From a bacterium (GTDB taxonomy: Bacteria; Fidelibacterota; Fidelibacteria; Fidelibacterales; Fidelibacteraceae), in contig OY781066.1 of NCBI GenBank assembly GCA_963676395.1, positions 352,001 through 416,000 on the forward strand: a DNA stretch of 64,000 nt. The letters run 5' to 3'. Of the stretch, positions 50,879-60,758 are shown piece after piece; the stretch's first letter is position 1, and each line of letters opens with the position of its first letter. The position numbers were made by a program, and so were the translations under genes. Below the pieces are notes generated by a model that was not told the DNA's origin, did no database searches, and was given only the letters and a program-made list of their open reading frames with translations.

Positions 50879-50905
50879 AATTGAATATGTAATACTCCTA
50901 AGAGC

Positions 50906-52813
50906 TTACTTATCTTCGTTCAACTTAGATAGAAGTTCTTCGGGGATCTCGATCTTCTGTGATACGTCTTCTTGTTTAGCCATAACACGAGCGACATCTT
51001 TATCTTCTTCCGATAGACCTAAGTCTTCAGATGCAAGAACGATCTTACGATCATCTTGACGAACTTCGACTACGCGCAGTTCAAGTTCATCGCCAACTTT
51101 GATATTACGTGTATAATCACGTTTGTCTTTTTTAGACATATTGTTCAAAGGAACGATGGCTTCAACTTCTTCGCCTTCAATGGTCATAATAATACCTTTG
51201 TCCAAAACTTTCAGGACAGTAGCTTTAACCATTTTGTTCGATTTATATTTGTTTTCCAAAACTTCCCAAGGATTTTCTTCAAGCTGTTTGTAGCCCAAAG
51301 AGATCTTACGGGTTTCATTGTTTATCTCAAGGATAACAACGTCAATTTCTTGACCTTTCTGGAGAACTTCTTTAGGATGACGAACCACTTTGATCCATGA
51401 TAGATCTGAAACGTGGATCAAACCGTCAATACCATCTTCGATCTCAACAAATGCACCGAACTGAGTCAAGTTGCGTACAATACCCTTGACTTTCATACCG
51501 CTTGTGTATTTCTTTTCAAGTTCATCCCAAGGATCGGGTTGCAATTGTTTAACACCCAATGATATCTTACGATCCTGTGAGTCGATAGCCAATACTTTAG
51601 CTTCAACTTCATCTGAGATCTGATAGATTTCTGAAGGATGTTTAATATGTTGTGTCCAACTCATTTCAGAAATATGGATCAAGCCTTCAACACCTTTTTC
51701 CAATTCTACAAATACACCGTAGTTTGTAATTGAAACGATGCGACCTTTGACAACTGAATCGATGGGATATTTAGATTCAATATCTTCCCAAGGATGTGAT
51801 TCAAGTTGTTTGATACCCAAAGAAACACGTTGCTTTTCTGTGTTATAGTCAATGACTTTAACTTCAACAACATCATCAATAGATAACATTTCCGAAGGAT
51901 GCTTAATACGGCCCCATGACATATCAGTGATATGTAAAAGTCCGTCAACACCACCAAGATCAATAAAAGCACCAAAATCTGTAATATTCTTTACGCGACC
52001 TTTAAGTACCTGATCAACTTGGATCTGTGAAAGCAATTCTTCACGTTTTTCTTTGAGAGCTTCTTCAAGAATTTCTTTGCGAGACACAACAATGTTCTTA
52101 CGAGCTTCGTTAAGTTTCACAATCTTCAATTCCATGTTCTTACCAACGTATGCATCGAAATCAATAACGGGGCGTACATCGATTTGTGAACCGGGTAGGA
52201 AACCTTCAACACCGCCAAGATCAACGACCATACCGCCTTTAATACGTTTGACAATGTAACCTTCAATGATACCATCGGCATCATGAACTTCTTTGAGGCG
52301 TTCCCATGCGCGGAGGAAATCCGCTTTTTTCTTAGACAGGATCAACTGGCCTTTACGGTCTTCGATCTTGTCGACATATATTTCAATCTCATCTCCAAGT
52401 TCGGGGATATTGTTGCCAAATTCATCAACAGGGATCAAACCTTCAGATTTGAAACCTATATCAACGACAACTTCTTTGTCCGTAATACGGATAACGTGAC
52501 CGTTCACGCGTTCATTGTTAGAGAACTTGTTTAATGTCTTTTCGTACATTTTTTCAAGTTCAGGATTGATCTCTTCTTCTACCGCTTCGATCAAATCTTC
52601 ACGTTTAACTGTTTTGATCTGTGCGTAGATGTCACTAGACAGTTGGTTTTTAGCCTCAGCTGCCTTTTCAACAGGTGCTTCTTCTACAGTTTCTTCAACT
52701 TTTTCCTCAACCTGTTCTTCTTTTACGTCTTCAGTTGCAGTCTCAACGACTTCTTCAACTTTTACGTCTTCCTGAGGGTTTACGGGTTCTACGTTTTTCA
52801 ACTCTTCAGCCAT
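50906..52813 (-). CDS. rpsA: 30S ribosomal protein S1
   Basis: Six S1 repeats (DIGFKSEG, FLPGSQID, FGAFIDLGGVDGLLHI...) with an acidic N-terminal extension. Confidence 0.97.
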   Translation of the reverse strand: MAEELKNVEPVNPQEDVKVEEVVETATEDVKEEQVEEKVEETVEEAPVEKAAEAKNQLSSDIYAQIKTVKREDLIEAVEEEINPELEKMYEKTLNKFSNNERVNGHVIRITDKEVVVDIGFKSEGLIPVDEFGNNIPELGDEIEIYVDKIEDRKGQLILSKKKADFLRAWERLKEVHDADGIIEGYIVKRIKGGMVVDLGGVEGFLPGSQIDVRPVIDFDAYVGKNMELKIVKLNEARKNIVVSRKEILEEALKEKREELLSQIQVDQVLKGRVKNITDFGAFIDLGGVDGLLHITDMSWGRIKHPSEMLSIDDVVEVKVIDYNTEKQRVSLGIKQLESHPWEDIESKYPIDSVVKGRIVSITNYGVFVELEKGVEGLIHISEMSWTQHIKHPSEIYQISDEVEAKVLAIDSQDRKISLGVKQLQPDPWDELEKKYTSGMKVKGIVRNLTQFGAFVEIEDGIDGLIHVSDLSWIKVVRHPKEVLQKGQEIDVVILEINNETRKISLGYKQLEENPWEVLENKYKSNKMVKATVLKVLDKGIIMTIEGEEVEAIVPLNNMSKKDKRDYTRNIKVGDELELRVVEVRQDDRKIVLASEDLGLSEEDKDVARVMAKQEDVSQKIEIPEELLSKLNEDK

Positions 52814-53470
52814 TCATTTTCCTCCATGTTTTGGCTCTTTGGATTTGATGTATGATAATATATTATCAACCTGTTCGTCAAACGATACATTCGATGTATC
52901 AATTTCAATGGCATCGTCCGCTTTTTTTAAAGGGGAGTGCGCTCTAGAAGAATCTTTTTCATCTCGCCTTAAAAGATCTGCTTTAACTTCTTCTAAACTC
53001 ATTTTCTCTTTACTTTCCTTTTGTCTGCGCTGCGCGCGAACTTCGGGATCGGCAACAAGAAAAAACTTATAATCGGCATCAGGAAAAACAACGGTACCAA
53101 TATCGCGTCCCTCCATTACAATATCATGATCAGCTGCAATCTCACGTTGTTTGTCGACCATAAGACCTCTTACAACCGGATTTGCCGATACCGGAGTAAC
53201 CGCTTTATTCGCGGCATCCATGCGTATCTCTTCGCTAACATTTTTGCCATCAAGAAAAACTTTCTGTCCTTCAAAACGAATTTCCATACTCTTAGCGACC
53301 CTGGCGACCTCATTGTCGTCATAAGGATCTATGCCCAAATGAAGTGCTCCAACCGATATGGCGCGATACATTGCACCTGTATCTAAGTATGTGATCTTCA
53401 ACGCTTTAGCTATCGCTTTAGCTGTTGAACTCTTCCCGGATCCGGAAGGACCATCAATAGCAATAATCAT
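52814..53470 (-). CDS. cmk: Cytidylate kinase
   Basis: IAIDGPSGSGKS, LDTGAMYR, EGRDIGTVVFP and RD..DS.R..SPL motifs; start set at MIIAIDG. Confidence 0.95.
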   Translation of the reverse strand: MIIAIDGPSGSGKSSTAKAIAKALKITYLDTGAMYRAISVGALHLGIDPYDDNEVARVAKSMEIRFEGQKVFLDGKNVSEEIRMDAANKAVTPVSANPVVRGLMVDKQREIAADHDIVMEGRDIGTVVFPDADYKFFLVADPEVRAQRRQKESKEKMSLEEVKADLLRRDEKDSSRAHSPLKKADDAIEIDTSNVSFDEQVDNILSYIKSKEPKHGGK

Positions 53471-53661
53471 GATATAATACCTTTTCCACTTTTTCAAAAA
53501 AGCAGGTGAATTTAAGTCTGAAAAAAGTTCAAACAAAGTATTTTTTTCTTTGGTTAGATTAATTAATTATTGTATAATAAGAGCGTCAATTGACATATCT
53601 CATAATTGAGTGGAACAAGTTAAAATAACTTGATTATATATTTCAAGTTCCCTCCTGTGTA

Positions 53662-53699
53662 GAAAAATGCCGACACGACCCCAAGTGTCGGCATTTTTC
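53662..53699. terminator. Perfect 15-bp hairpin in a divergent intergenic region
   Basis: GAAAAATGCCGACAC-8 nt-GTGTCGGCATTTTTC. Confidence 0.6.
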
Positions 53700-53871
53700 G
53701 TTTTTACGGGTGTTTTTTCACCTATCAATACGCTTAAAAACTGCTGAATTATTTCCATATAATGTAGTGATATTAAAGCCAATATACCATATATCGACAT
53801 ATTTCGAGAATTCCAAGGTTCTGAGGTCACTATTATATTGATTTTTATAGAATTAAGTATTAAAATATTGC

Positions 53872-54570
53872 ATGAATAAAAAACGACTCCTGTTCGCACT
53901 GCTTATTGTTCCATTTCTATTTTCTTATGCATCAGAAGAAGTGTTTTTCACTTTTGGCAGTGATGTCAGCACCTCATATATTTTCCGAGGACAACTTCCC
54001 GCAGCCAAGCAACCAAGCTTTGGATTGAATTTTTCAGCTTTCTTTTATAATTTAAATATCAATATTTCACAATGGTTTGTAAACTCGATCTCTCATCCGG
54101 GAGATTATCGTGAGCTAGGTACAATGGTAAGTTATTATCATTATTTCAGTGACAGGTTCATCGGCTCTGCCGGAATGACATTATATCTCCTTCCCGATGT
54201 TGCCCAAACCCCTTTAGCGAATACCGAAGCAAGCATTACCTTTGCTGACATGAATTCATTTATCCCTTATTTTATCGAAGCATATTACGATTTCGTTTTA
54301 AAAAGCATGTATGTTAAACTTCTTGCCGGCTATAGTTTTGATGCCTTTATTCCAGTTAATTTGACATTAGCAAGTGGATTTGATTTACTATCATACAATC
54401 GCTATGGACGCAACAACCCGGCCGGTCTTTCAAACATTGGGCTTTCTGTCAGCACCTACTTCTCCCTAAAAAATTGGCAAATAACTCCTAAAGCATCATT
54501 ATTCTTTTTAAACTCATTAAATTCAACTATATTACCGCAGGTTAACGTAAACTTGAGTTATTCCTTTTAA
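53872..54570 (+). CDS. Hypothetical exported protein, possible outer-membrane beta-barrel
   Basis: Signal peptide, S.YIFRG near the N-terminus, alternating aromatic strands and terminal YSF. Confidence 0.6.
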   Translation: MNKKRLLFALLIVPFLFSYASEEVFFTFGSDVSTSYIFRGQLPAAKQPSFGLNFSAFFYNLNINISQWFVNSISHPGDYRELGTMVSYYHYFSDRFIGSAGMTLYLLPDVAQTPLANTEASITFADMNSFIPYFIEAYYDFVLKSMYVKLLAGYSFDAFIPVNLTLASGFDLLSYNRYGRNNPAGLSNIGLSVSTYFSLKNWQITPKASLFFLNSLNSTILPQVNVNLSYSF

Positions 54571-54585
54571 GTAAGGAGTTCAAAT

Positions 54586-55443
54586 ATGAAAAAAATATTA
54601 GTCGTTTTATTTACATTGTTTGCTTTAAACTCTCTTCTCGCGAGCGAAGAAGTTACGGTTGTCGTATACGAAAAAGAGCTTGAAGGCATATTAACGACAA
54701 GTGGAGATTATTTTTCTCATAAAGAGCTCACTGCCGGTCATGAATCTCTCCCGATGGGTTCAATCATTGAAATTATTAATCCGGCAAATAATAAACGAGT
54801 AGAATTAACAGTTAACGACAGGATACTTGATACTAATGGTATGTATTGGATTTCAGGATCTGCAGCTGACATATTAGAGATTAAAAGTATTTATCCTACC
54901 AAAGCACAATTAAATATTTTATATAAGCCCGAAATAAAAGAAGTTTACGAAGAAGAATTACCGACAGCTACAGAGCCGGTCTATGTACATTCAAATCTTA
55001 CAACGGTAGGCTATACTCCAAACCCCTTACCCCCTACACCTATTCCGAACCCACCCGCACAAGTAAAAACATCCACACCAAACATTGTTACCATAACGCC
55101 AAGTATAAGTCAATCAACCCAAACAAGCCCTATACTTGAAGGCTTATCAGAAAATCTTGAGACAGCGATCGGAGATCCGCGTATACCTAAATCTGTTTTC
55201 TCTCAAAGAATAGCATACGGTGTACATATTTATACAACCGTTAACTCTACGGAAGCAATTGAAGTCTCACAACGCTTATACAACTATTTTTCTTGTCCAT
55301 CATATATTGAAAAATATTACTCTCCCTTAGGTAATTGCTACCGAGTCATTGCCGGAGATTATAAAAATGAAGCTGAAGCTATCCAATGGTACAACAAACT
55401 TCTCTCCAGTATTCCTGATATTTTTCTTGTAGAAATTTATTAA
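54586..55443 (+). CDS. RlpA-like double-psi barrel + Pro/Thr linker + SPOR domain protein
   Basis: TTSGD.F....LTAGH.SLPMGS...V.LTVNDR; C-terminal YRVIAG.Y....EA SPOR pattern. Confidence 0.75.
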   Translation: MKKILVVLFTLFALNSLLASEEVTVVVYEKELEGILTTSGDYFSHKELTAGHESLPMGSIIEIINPANNKRVELTVNDRILDTNGMYWISGSAADILEIKSIYPTKAQLNILYKPEIKEVYEEELPTATEPVYVHSNLTTVGYTPNPLPPTPIPNPPAQVKTSTPNIVTITPSISQSTQTSPILEGLSENLETAIGDPRIPKSVFSQRIAYGVHIYTTVNSTEAIEVSQRLYNYFSCPSYIEKYYSPLGNCYRVIAGDYKNEAEAIQWYNKLLSSIPDIFLVEIY

Positions 55444-55597
55444 CCTTCATATCAGTTCCGAGTTAAAACCGGTTATCAAACATAAATCATTTAATCAACA
55501 AACTGTAGCCACGAGATAAACTGATTCTTAATTCATCTTTATTGTTTTTACTAGCTTAATTTTGTATCATATATCTTTGCGAAAATAAGGAGAATTA

Positions 55598-56740
55598 ATG
55601 CTACATCACCATCCTCTTTTAGATTCTAAGAAACAGGATCTTGCAAGATTATACGAAATTCAAAAAAGAGAAGTCTCTTTTTTTAATATGATTACAGGAT
55701 TTATTTTAAGCATCATCTTTATTCTTTTTGTTTCACAGCCTTTGATTTATGTATTACCCGGTCCCAATACCTTAAGATTTATTATTTTCATTTGGTGTAT
55801 GAGTGTTTTTTCATTACCCTTTGATTTAATCTTTGCTTACATATCATCCTACAAAATCGAACATCAATACGGATTTTCAAACCAGAATAAAATACAATTT
55901 TTCATTGAACAATTAAAGGGATTGGGTGTAAATCTAATCATAGGACCTATTCTGGCGGCCGTACTTTTTCTTGCCTTTCAATTAACACCTCAATACTGGT
56001 GGTTGATTGCTGCATTGGCTATGATTCTTATATCCGTTATATTTGCGACACTATATCCTATTTTGATCATGCCTATATTTAATAAATATACACCGATCGA
56101 AGATGAAGAGTTAAAATCCCGTCTAAGTAAAATTCTTGAAAAAGGCGGATTAAAGATCAAAGGCTTTTTTATCCAAGATATGAGCCGACAAACAAAAAAA
56201 GAAAACGCCTTTCTTGGTGGCCTGGGAAAAACCAGACGCGTTGTCCTCAGTGATAATATTATTAAGAATATGAATATTGATGAACTTGAAACCGTTATCG
56301 CTCACGAAGTAGGACATTATAAACATAAGCATATTTGGAAGAACATAGCACTCGGTACAGTTTATCAACTTATTCTATTCTATATTACACACAGACTTAT
56401 GTTTGCATACAATGAATACTATCTTTCAACCTTTGAAAGCAGATTAGAATCATATCCACTTTTCATTCTTTGCTTTGGTGTTCTTAACTTAATGATGTTG
56501 GCACCACTCTCAAATGCTATCTCAAGACATTTTGAAAGACAAGCAGATAATTATGCACTTAACAGCACAAAAAATCCTGATGCTTTCCAGCGTGCAATGG
56601 CCGGACTAGCGAACCGAAACCTTTCAAATGCTTACCCAACAAAATTTATAAAACTTCTTTACTATTCTCATCCACCTGTCGGAGAAAGATTAGAAACCGG
56701 AATAAAATGGGCAGAAGATCACAAGCATGAAAAAGCATGA
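55598..56740 (+). CDS. M48 family (Ste24-like) zinc metalloprotease
   Basis: NAFLGGLGKTRRVVL, AHEVGH, SRHFE.QAD and YSHPP motifs. Confidence 0.92.
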   Translation: MLHHHPLLDSKKQDLARLYEIQKREVSFFNMITGFILSIIFILFVSQPLIYVLPGPNTLRFIIFIWCMSVFSLPFDLIFAYISSYKIEHQYGFSNQNKIQFFIEQLKGLGVNLIIGPILAAVLFLAFQLTPQYWWLIAALAMILISVIFATLYPILIMPIFNKYTPIEDEELKSRLSKILEKGGLKIKGFFIQDMSRQTKKENAFLGGLGKTRRVVLSDNIIKNMNIDELETVIAHEVGHYKHKHIWKNIALGTVYQLILFYITHRLMFAYNEYYLSTFESRLESYPLFILCFGVLNLMMLAPLSNAISRHFERQADNYALNSTKNPDAFQRAMAGLANRNLSNAYPTKFIKLLYYSHPPVGERLETGIKWAEDHKHEKA

Positions 56741-57281
56741 TCATGAAACGATAAAAGGTGCTCGCCCCAGCGAGGCATTTCTGATTACTCAAAAACGTCG
56801 AGACATTTATGTGATAGCGGATAACATTCGTTCATTACATAATGTTGGGTCTTTATTTAGAACTTCAGAAGCTGCCGGAATAAAAAAATTATATCTCGTG
56901 GGTATTACAGCCTGTCCTCCGCGGAAAGAGATAAGTAAAACAGCTATAGGTGCTGAAGAAAATGTCCCGTGGGAATATCATAAAAATATTATTCCTCTAC
57001 TGAAATATTTCAAATCTCAAAATATCCCAATTCTCGTATTAGAACATACCGATTCATCAAAAGAATTTCAAAATATAGATTATCCTTTCCCGATTTGCCT
57101 TATTGTTGGAAATGAAGTTGATGGTATTTCAGAAGAAGTGATGGATTATGCAGATATTGCAGTAGAGATCCCGATGTTCGGGATGAAACAATCACTGAAT
57201 GTTTCTGTTGCTTATGGCATTATGCTTTATGAGTTATTGCGACAATTAGGCAATACCAACTTACCCAATACCACTGGATAG
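56727..57281 (+). CDS. TrmH/SpoU family RNA methyltransferase
   Basis: DNIRSLHNVGSLFR, GNEVDG and IPMFGMKQSLNVS motifs. Confidence 0.9.
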   Translation: MKKHDHETIKGARPSEAFLITQKRRDIYVIADNIRSLHNVGSLFRTSEAAGIKKLYLVGITACPPRKEISKTAIGAEENVPWEYHKNIIPLLKYFKSQNIPILVLEHTDSSKEFQNIDYPFPICLIVGNEVDGISEEVMDYADIAVEIPMFGMKQSLNVSVAYGIMLYELLRQLGNTNLPNTTG

Positions 57282-58378
57282 TTTGAACCGGTAACTCCAG
57301 AAATATTACCCGGAATTTTCCTGATATGTAAATAAGCAAGATAAGCGAATCCAAAAGCCTCTTTAATATCGGAATCTAAGTTACCATGCTTAAATTTTCC
57401 CACTTGAATATCAGGAAGCTTTTCGGCTAAACGTGTCATTACATACTTATTTAAAGCACCCCCACCCGAAGCCAATACATTAATATCACATGTAGAATTT
57501 TTACTTATTTTATTAATCTCATCAGCAACAGTAATGGCAGTCAATTCACTTAATGTGCGGATAAAATTCAACCATTCATTATAATTCTTTGGTGAATATT
57601 TCTTTAGTAAGTTATTGAAATAATCATAACCAAATTGTTCCTGTCCGGCCGATTTTGGCAATGATCTTTTATAGTAAGGATGTGATAATAATTCATTCAA
57701 TAGCACATTATTAATTTTTCCTTTAAAAGCATATGCACCATCTTTATCGTAATCTTCTCTTCCCTCGGAAAAAGCAATGACTGCCTTATCTATAAGTGTG
57801 TTGGCAGGTCCTGTATCATAGGCAAGAATCTGTCTCTGACTGTTTCTTGCCGGCAAATATGTAAAATTTGCAATACCACCCATATTAAGAGCTATTACAT
57901 CTTCATCGTCTTGTCTTAATAAAAAATCATCTACAATGGGGATCAGTGGTGCTCCTTGCCCACCCGCAACAAGATCCGCTGTTCTAAAATCATAGACAAC
58001 CGGTTTTTCGGTACGGTCGGCGATGCAGTGCGCCTCACCGATCTGTAAAGTATATACCGGTGGATTATGTAATAGAGTTTGTCCATGACTTGCAATAAGA
58101 TCATAATCCATATCAAGCGAAGCAAGTACTTCACCATACCACATTCCAAGTTCCATATCGTAGGTTAAAATATCGACTGTCGATAATTCCAAAGGTTTTT
58201 TGAAAGCTTCGGAAAACTTTTGCGGATAAGGTATATATGTTTTTCCCAACACCTTAAATTTAGGATATTTTCCAAATCCTGTAAACTCTACACAAGCTAC
58301 ATCCAGACCATCAGCTGAGGTCCCGCTCATTAGCCCAAGGATCTTAATACGTTCATCTTCTTTGATCGCCATGGTCAT
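57227..58378 (-). CDS. anmK: Anhydro-N-acetylmuramic acid kinase
   Basis: GLMSGTSADG, SHGQT, DFR..D...GGQGAPL, DTGPAN and KEAFGFA motifs. Confidence 0.94.
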   Translation of the reverse strand: MTMAIKEDERIKILGLMSGTSADGLDVACVEFTGFGKYPKFKVLGKTYIPYPQKFSEAFKKPLELSTVDILTYDMELGMWYGEVLASLDMDYDLIASHGQTLLHNPPVYTLQIGEAHCIADRTEKPVVYDFRTADLVAGGQGAPLIPIVDDFLLRQDDEDVIALNMGGIANFTYLPARNSQRQILAYDTGPANTLIDKAVIAFSEGREDYDKDGAYAFKGKINNVLLNELLSHPYYKRSLPKSAGQEQFGYDYFNNLLKKYSPKNYNEWLNFIRTLSELTAITVADEINKISKNSTCDINVLASGGGALNKYVMTRLAEKLPDIQVGKFKHGNLDSDIKEAFGFAYLAYLHIRKIPGNISGVTGSNYPVVLGKLVLPNCRNNS

Positions 58379-58476
58379 CCTATCTATTTATTTTATCACG
58401 GTGGCAAAATACAATAAATTCCTTTTTAATAAAATAATTCATTTGTAAAATAGTCAGTAATTTCATGAGGTAATAA

Positions 58477-58923
58477 ATGAGCTATATTCAAACGATCCAA
58501 GCAGACCTGAAGCAAGCTATGCTAAACAAAGAAAGTGATAAAGTTAAAACACTTCGCATGCTAATTTCAAAGTTAAGAGAAAAAAAGATCGCATTAATGA
58601 AAGATCTTGAAGAAGTAGACGAAATTGCAGTCTTAAAAAAAGCTGCAAAAGAACGTCAAGATTCCATATCAACATACACAGCTGCAGGCAGAGAAGATCT
58701 TGTTAAGATCGAAGAAGTAGAACTTGAAATAATAAAAGCATATCTTCCTGCAGAAATGGAAGACAAAGATATTGAAAAGATCGTTAAATCAGTAATAGAG
58801 AAAACAGGTGCATCCTCAATGGCGGATATGGGACGTGTTATGGGTGCTTCAATGAAAGAAATTGCCGGACAAGCGGATGGTAAACGTGTCCAAGCAATCG
58901 TAAAAATAATGTTAGGAGCATAA
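58477..58923 (+). CDS. GatB/YqeY domain protein
   Basis: DLKQAM, R.DSI..Y..AGREDL, YLP and DMGRVMG motifs. Confidence 0.92.
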   Translation: MSYIQTIQADLKQAMLNKESDKVKTLRMLISKLREKKIALMKDLEEVDEIAVLKKAAKERQDSISTYTAAGREDLVKIEEVELEIIKAYLPAEMEDKDIEKIVKSVIEKTGASSMADMGRVMGASMKEIAGQADGKRVQAIVKIMLGA

Positions 58924-58924
58924 T

Positions 58925-59650
58925 ATGTACTGGGTAGATATAATTGCCTTAATCCTAACATTGATCATGGCTTACAGAGCTCAGCAGCATGGTCTGCTGA
59001 CCTCAGCAATGAGACTCATAGGACTTGTCGTGGGTATCATTGTTGCGGTTAATCTTGGAGCATGGGCCGGTGATATGTTAATATCTCAATTTAACATTAC
59101 GCAGGAATTGGCTAATATTATTGGTTACATTCTGGTTTTTATTATTGTTTTACTTGCAGCACAAGTTGTAGGATACTTCTTGCGTTCTATCATACATGCA
59201 ATAAAGCTGGGATGGCTTGATCGCATCGGTGGTATTTTTCTTGGCACTTTAAAAGCTGCTATCATTATTTCTTTATTATTTTGGGTACTTATGGCTCTTC
59301 CATCAGACACTCTAGGTAAAGAAATTCAAGAAAAATCAATTGCTTACAGTATACTTGGAGAATTTACACCAACAATTTATGAAAAATATATTCAGCCTAA
59401 TTTAGATGAAGGTGACATGAAAGACCGTTTAGATTCTTTGATATCACCTACGACTCCTTCAGTAAACATTATGTCAGATTTCGAAGAACAGGTTGAGGAA
59501 CTGAGTCCGGGGAATCAACAAGCCGTCGAGGATATGAAAGAACGTTTTCAGGGACTACCTTTATCTAAGCAAATGACAATTATGTCAAAACTGACAAAAG
59601 AAAACCCCGATCTGCAAGAGATCATTAATATCCTATACGAGAAAGAATGA
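58925..59650 (+). CDS. CvpA family membrane protein
   Basis: N-terminal WVDII, LDRIGG.FLG.LK; TM bundle with a soluble C-terminal extension. Confidence 0.82.
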   Translation: MYWVDIIALILTLIMAYRAQQHGLLTSAMRLIGLVVGIIVAVNLGAWAGDMLISQFNITQELANIIGYILVFIIVLLAAQVVGYFLRSIIHAIKLGWLDRIGGIFLGTLKAAIIISLLFWVLMALPSDTLGKEIQEKSIAYSILGEFTPTIYEKYIQPNLDEGDMKDRLDSLISPTTPSVNIMSDFEEQVEELSPGNQQAVEDMKERFQGLPLSKQMTIMSKLTKENPDLQEIINILYEKE

Positions 59651-60621
59651 AAAATAAAAAACTCCAACTGATTATTGCTATTATCATTTCCGCTGTGGGC
59701 TTGTATATAGCTTTTCATGATATTGAATGGAAAAATTTTATATATGAGATCAAAACGGTAGATATCTACTGGTACTTCGGTGGTATGCTTGCAATGATTA
59801 TTATCATGTTCATTAGAGCGTTAAGATGGCGAATACTGTTATTACCGATAGGAAATTATTCTACCATAAAATTATATAAAGGAACCATTGCGGGATTTTT
59901 TACAAATTATGTTCTACCCTTCCGTATAGGTGAAGTAGTTCGCGCTTATGTAACCGGTCAGTACGTAAAAGAAAAAGGTGCCGTACTCCTCCCCTCTATT
60001 GTAATAGAACGTACTCTTGATGGTATATCTTTTATTATTTTTGTTGTGATCTTTTCGCTGTTTGTAGACCTACCTTTAACCGACAAACAGATTTTCATCG
60101 TAAGAATATTGCTTTTTGTTGTACTTTTTATTCTAATACTAGCTGTTTACTTATACTCCAAGTTTAGGAATAAGATCACTATTTACCTTGATTCCAAGAA
60201 TGGCAAAGCAGCGGAATTTTTAAGAGACTTACACAAAGGGATGTTAACAATTTTTAAAATCCGCCATCCATTTCAAATCATTTTATATAGTTTTTCCATC
60301 TGGTTCATTACAGGCTTGACGTATTGGGCGGGAATCAAAGCAACTCATATCGAATTGGGTTTTATTGAAGCTTTCATACTTTTTGCAACTGCAATGATCG
60401 CAATAGCAATTCCTGCAGCACCCGGCTTTGTTGGAACTTTTCATGCCGCTATGGTGGCAACGCTTGTAGCATTTAATATTGATAAAAACGTGGCTGCCAG
60501 TTATGCTTTCCTACAACATCTTATTGGGATGATCCCTATTTGTTTATTCGGTTTTATTCACTTCCTTGAAGCCAATGTATCAATTAAAGAAATAAGAGAA
60601 AAACAGAAAGAAAACAAATAA
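59647..60621 (+). CDS. Lysylphosphatidylglycerol synthase TM / flippase-like protein (UPF0104)
   Basis: RALRW, N.VLPFRIGE..R, ER..D and P.APG.VG motifs. Confidence 0.85.
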   Translation: MKNKKLQLIIAIIISAVGLYIAFHDIEWKNFIYEIKTVDIYWYFGGMLAMIIIMFIRALRWRILLLPIGNYSTIKLYKGTIAGFFTNYVLPFRIGEVVRAYVTGQYVKEKGAVLLPSIVIERTLDGISFIIFVVIFSLFVDLPLTDKQIFIVRILLFVVLFILILAVYLYSKFRNKITIYLDSKNGKAAEFLRDLHKGMLTIFKIRHPFQIILYSFSIWFITGLTYWAGIKATHIELGFIEAFILFATAMIAIAIPAAPGFVGTFHAAMVATLVAFNIDKNVAASYAFLQHLIGMIPICLFGFIHFLEANVSIKEIREKQKENK

Positions 60622-60648
60622 GATTAATAAAGATTTTACTATGAATAA

Positions 60649-60679
60649 GAATAGCCTGGGATTTACCCCCCAGGCTATT
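60649..60679. terminator. Bidirectional terminator-like hairpin between convergent genes
   Basis: GAATAGCCTGGG...CCCAGGCTATTC. Confidence 0.7.
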
Positions 60680-60758
60680 CATTATTTAAACCCGTTTTTA
60701 TAAAAATAACGGAAATCAATAAATTTGAAAGAAAACCCGATTTAACATTGATAATTAT

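Noticed and set aside
53600..53899. 99-aa minus-strand ORF upstream of cmk
   Set aside because: Runs through a strong hairpin, overlaps the start of the divergent gene and has no protein-like motif.
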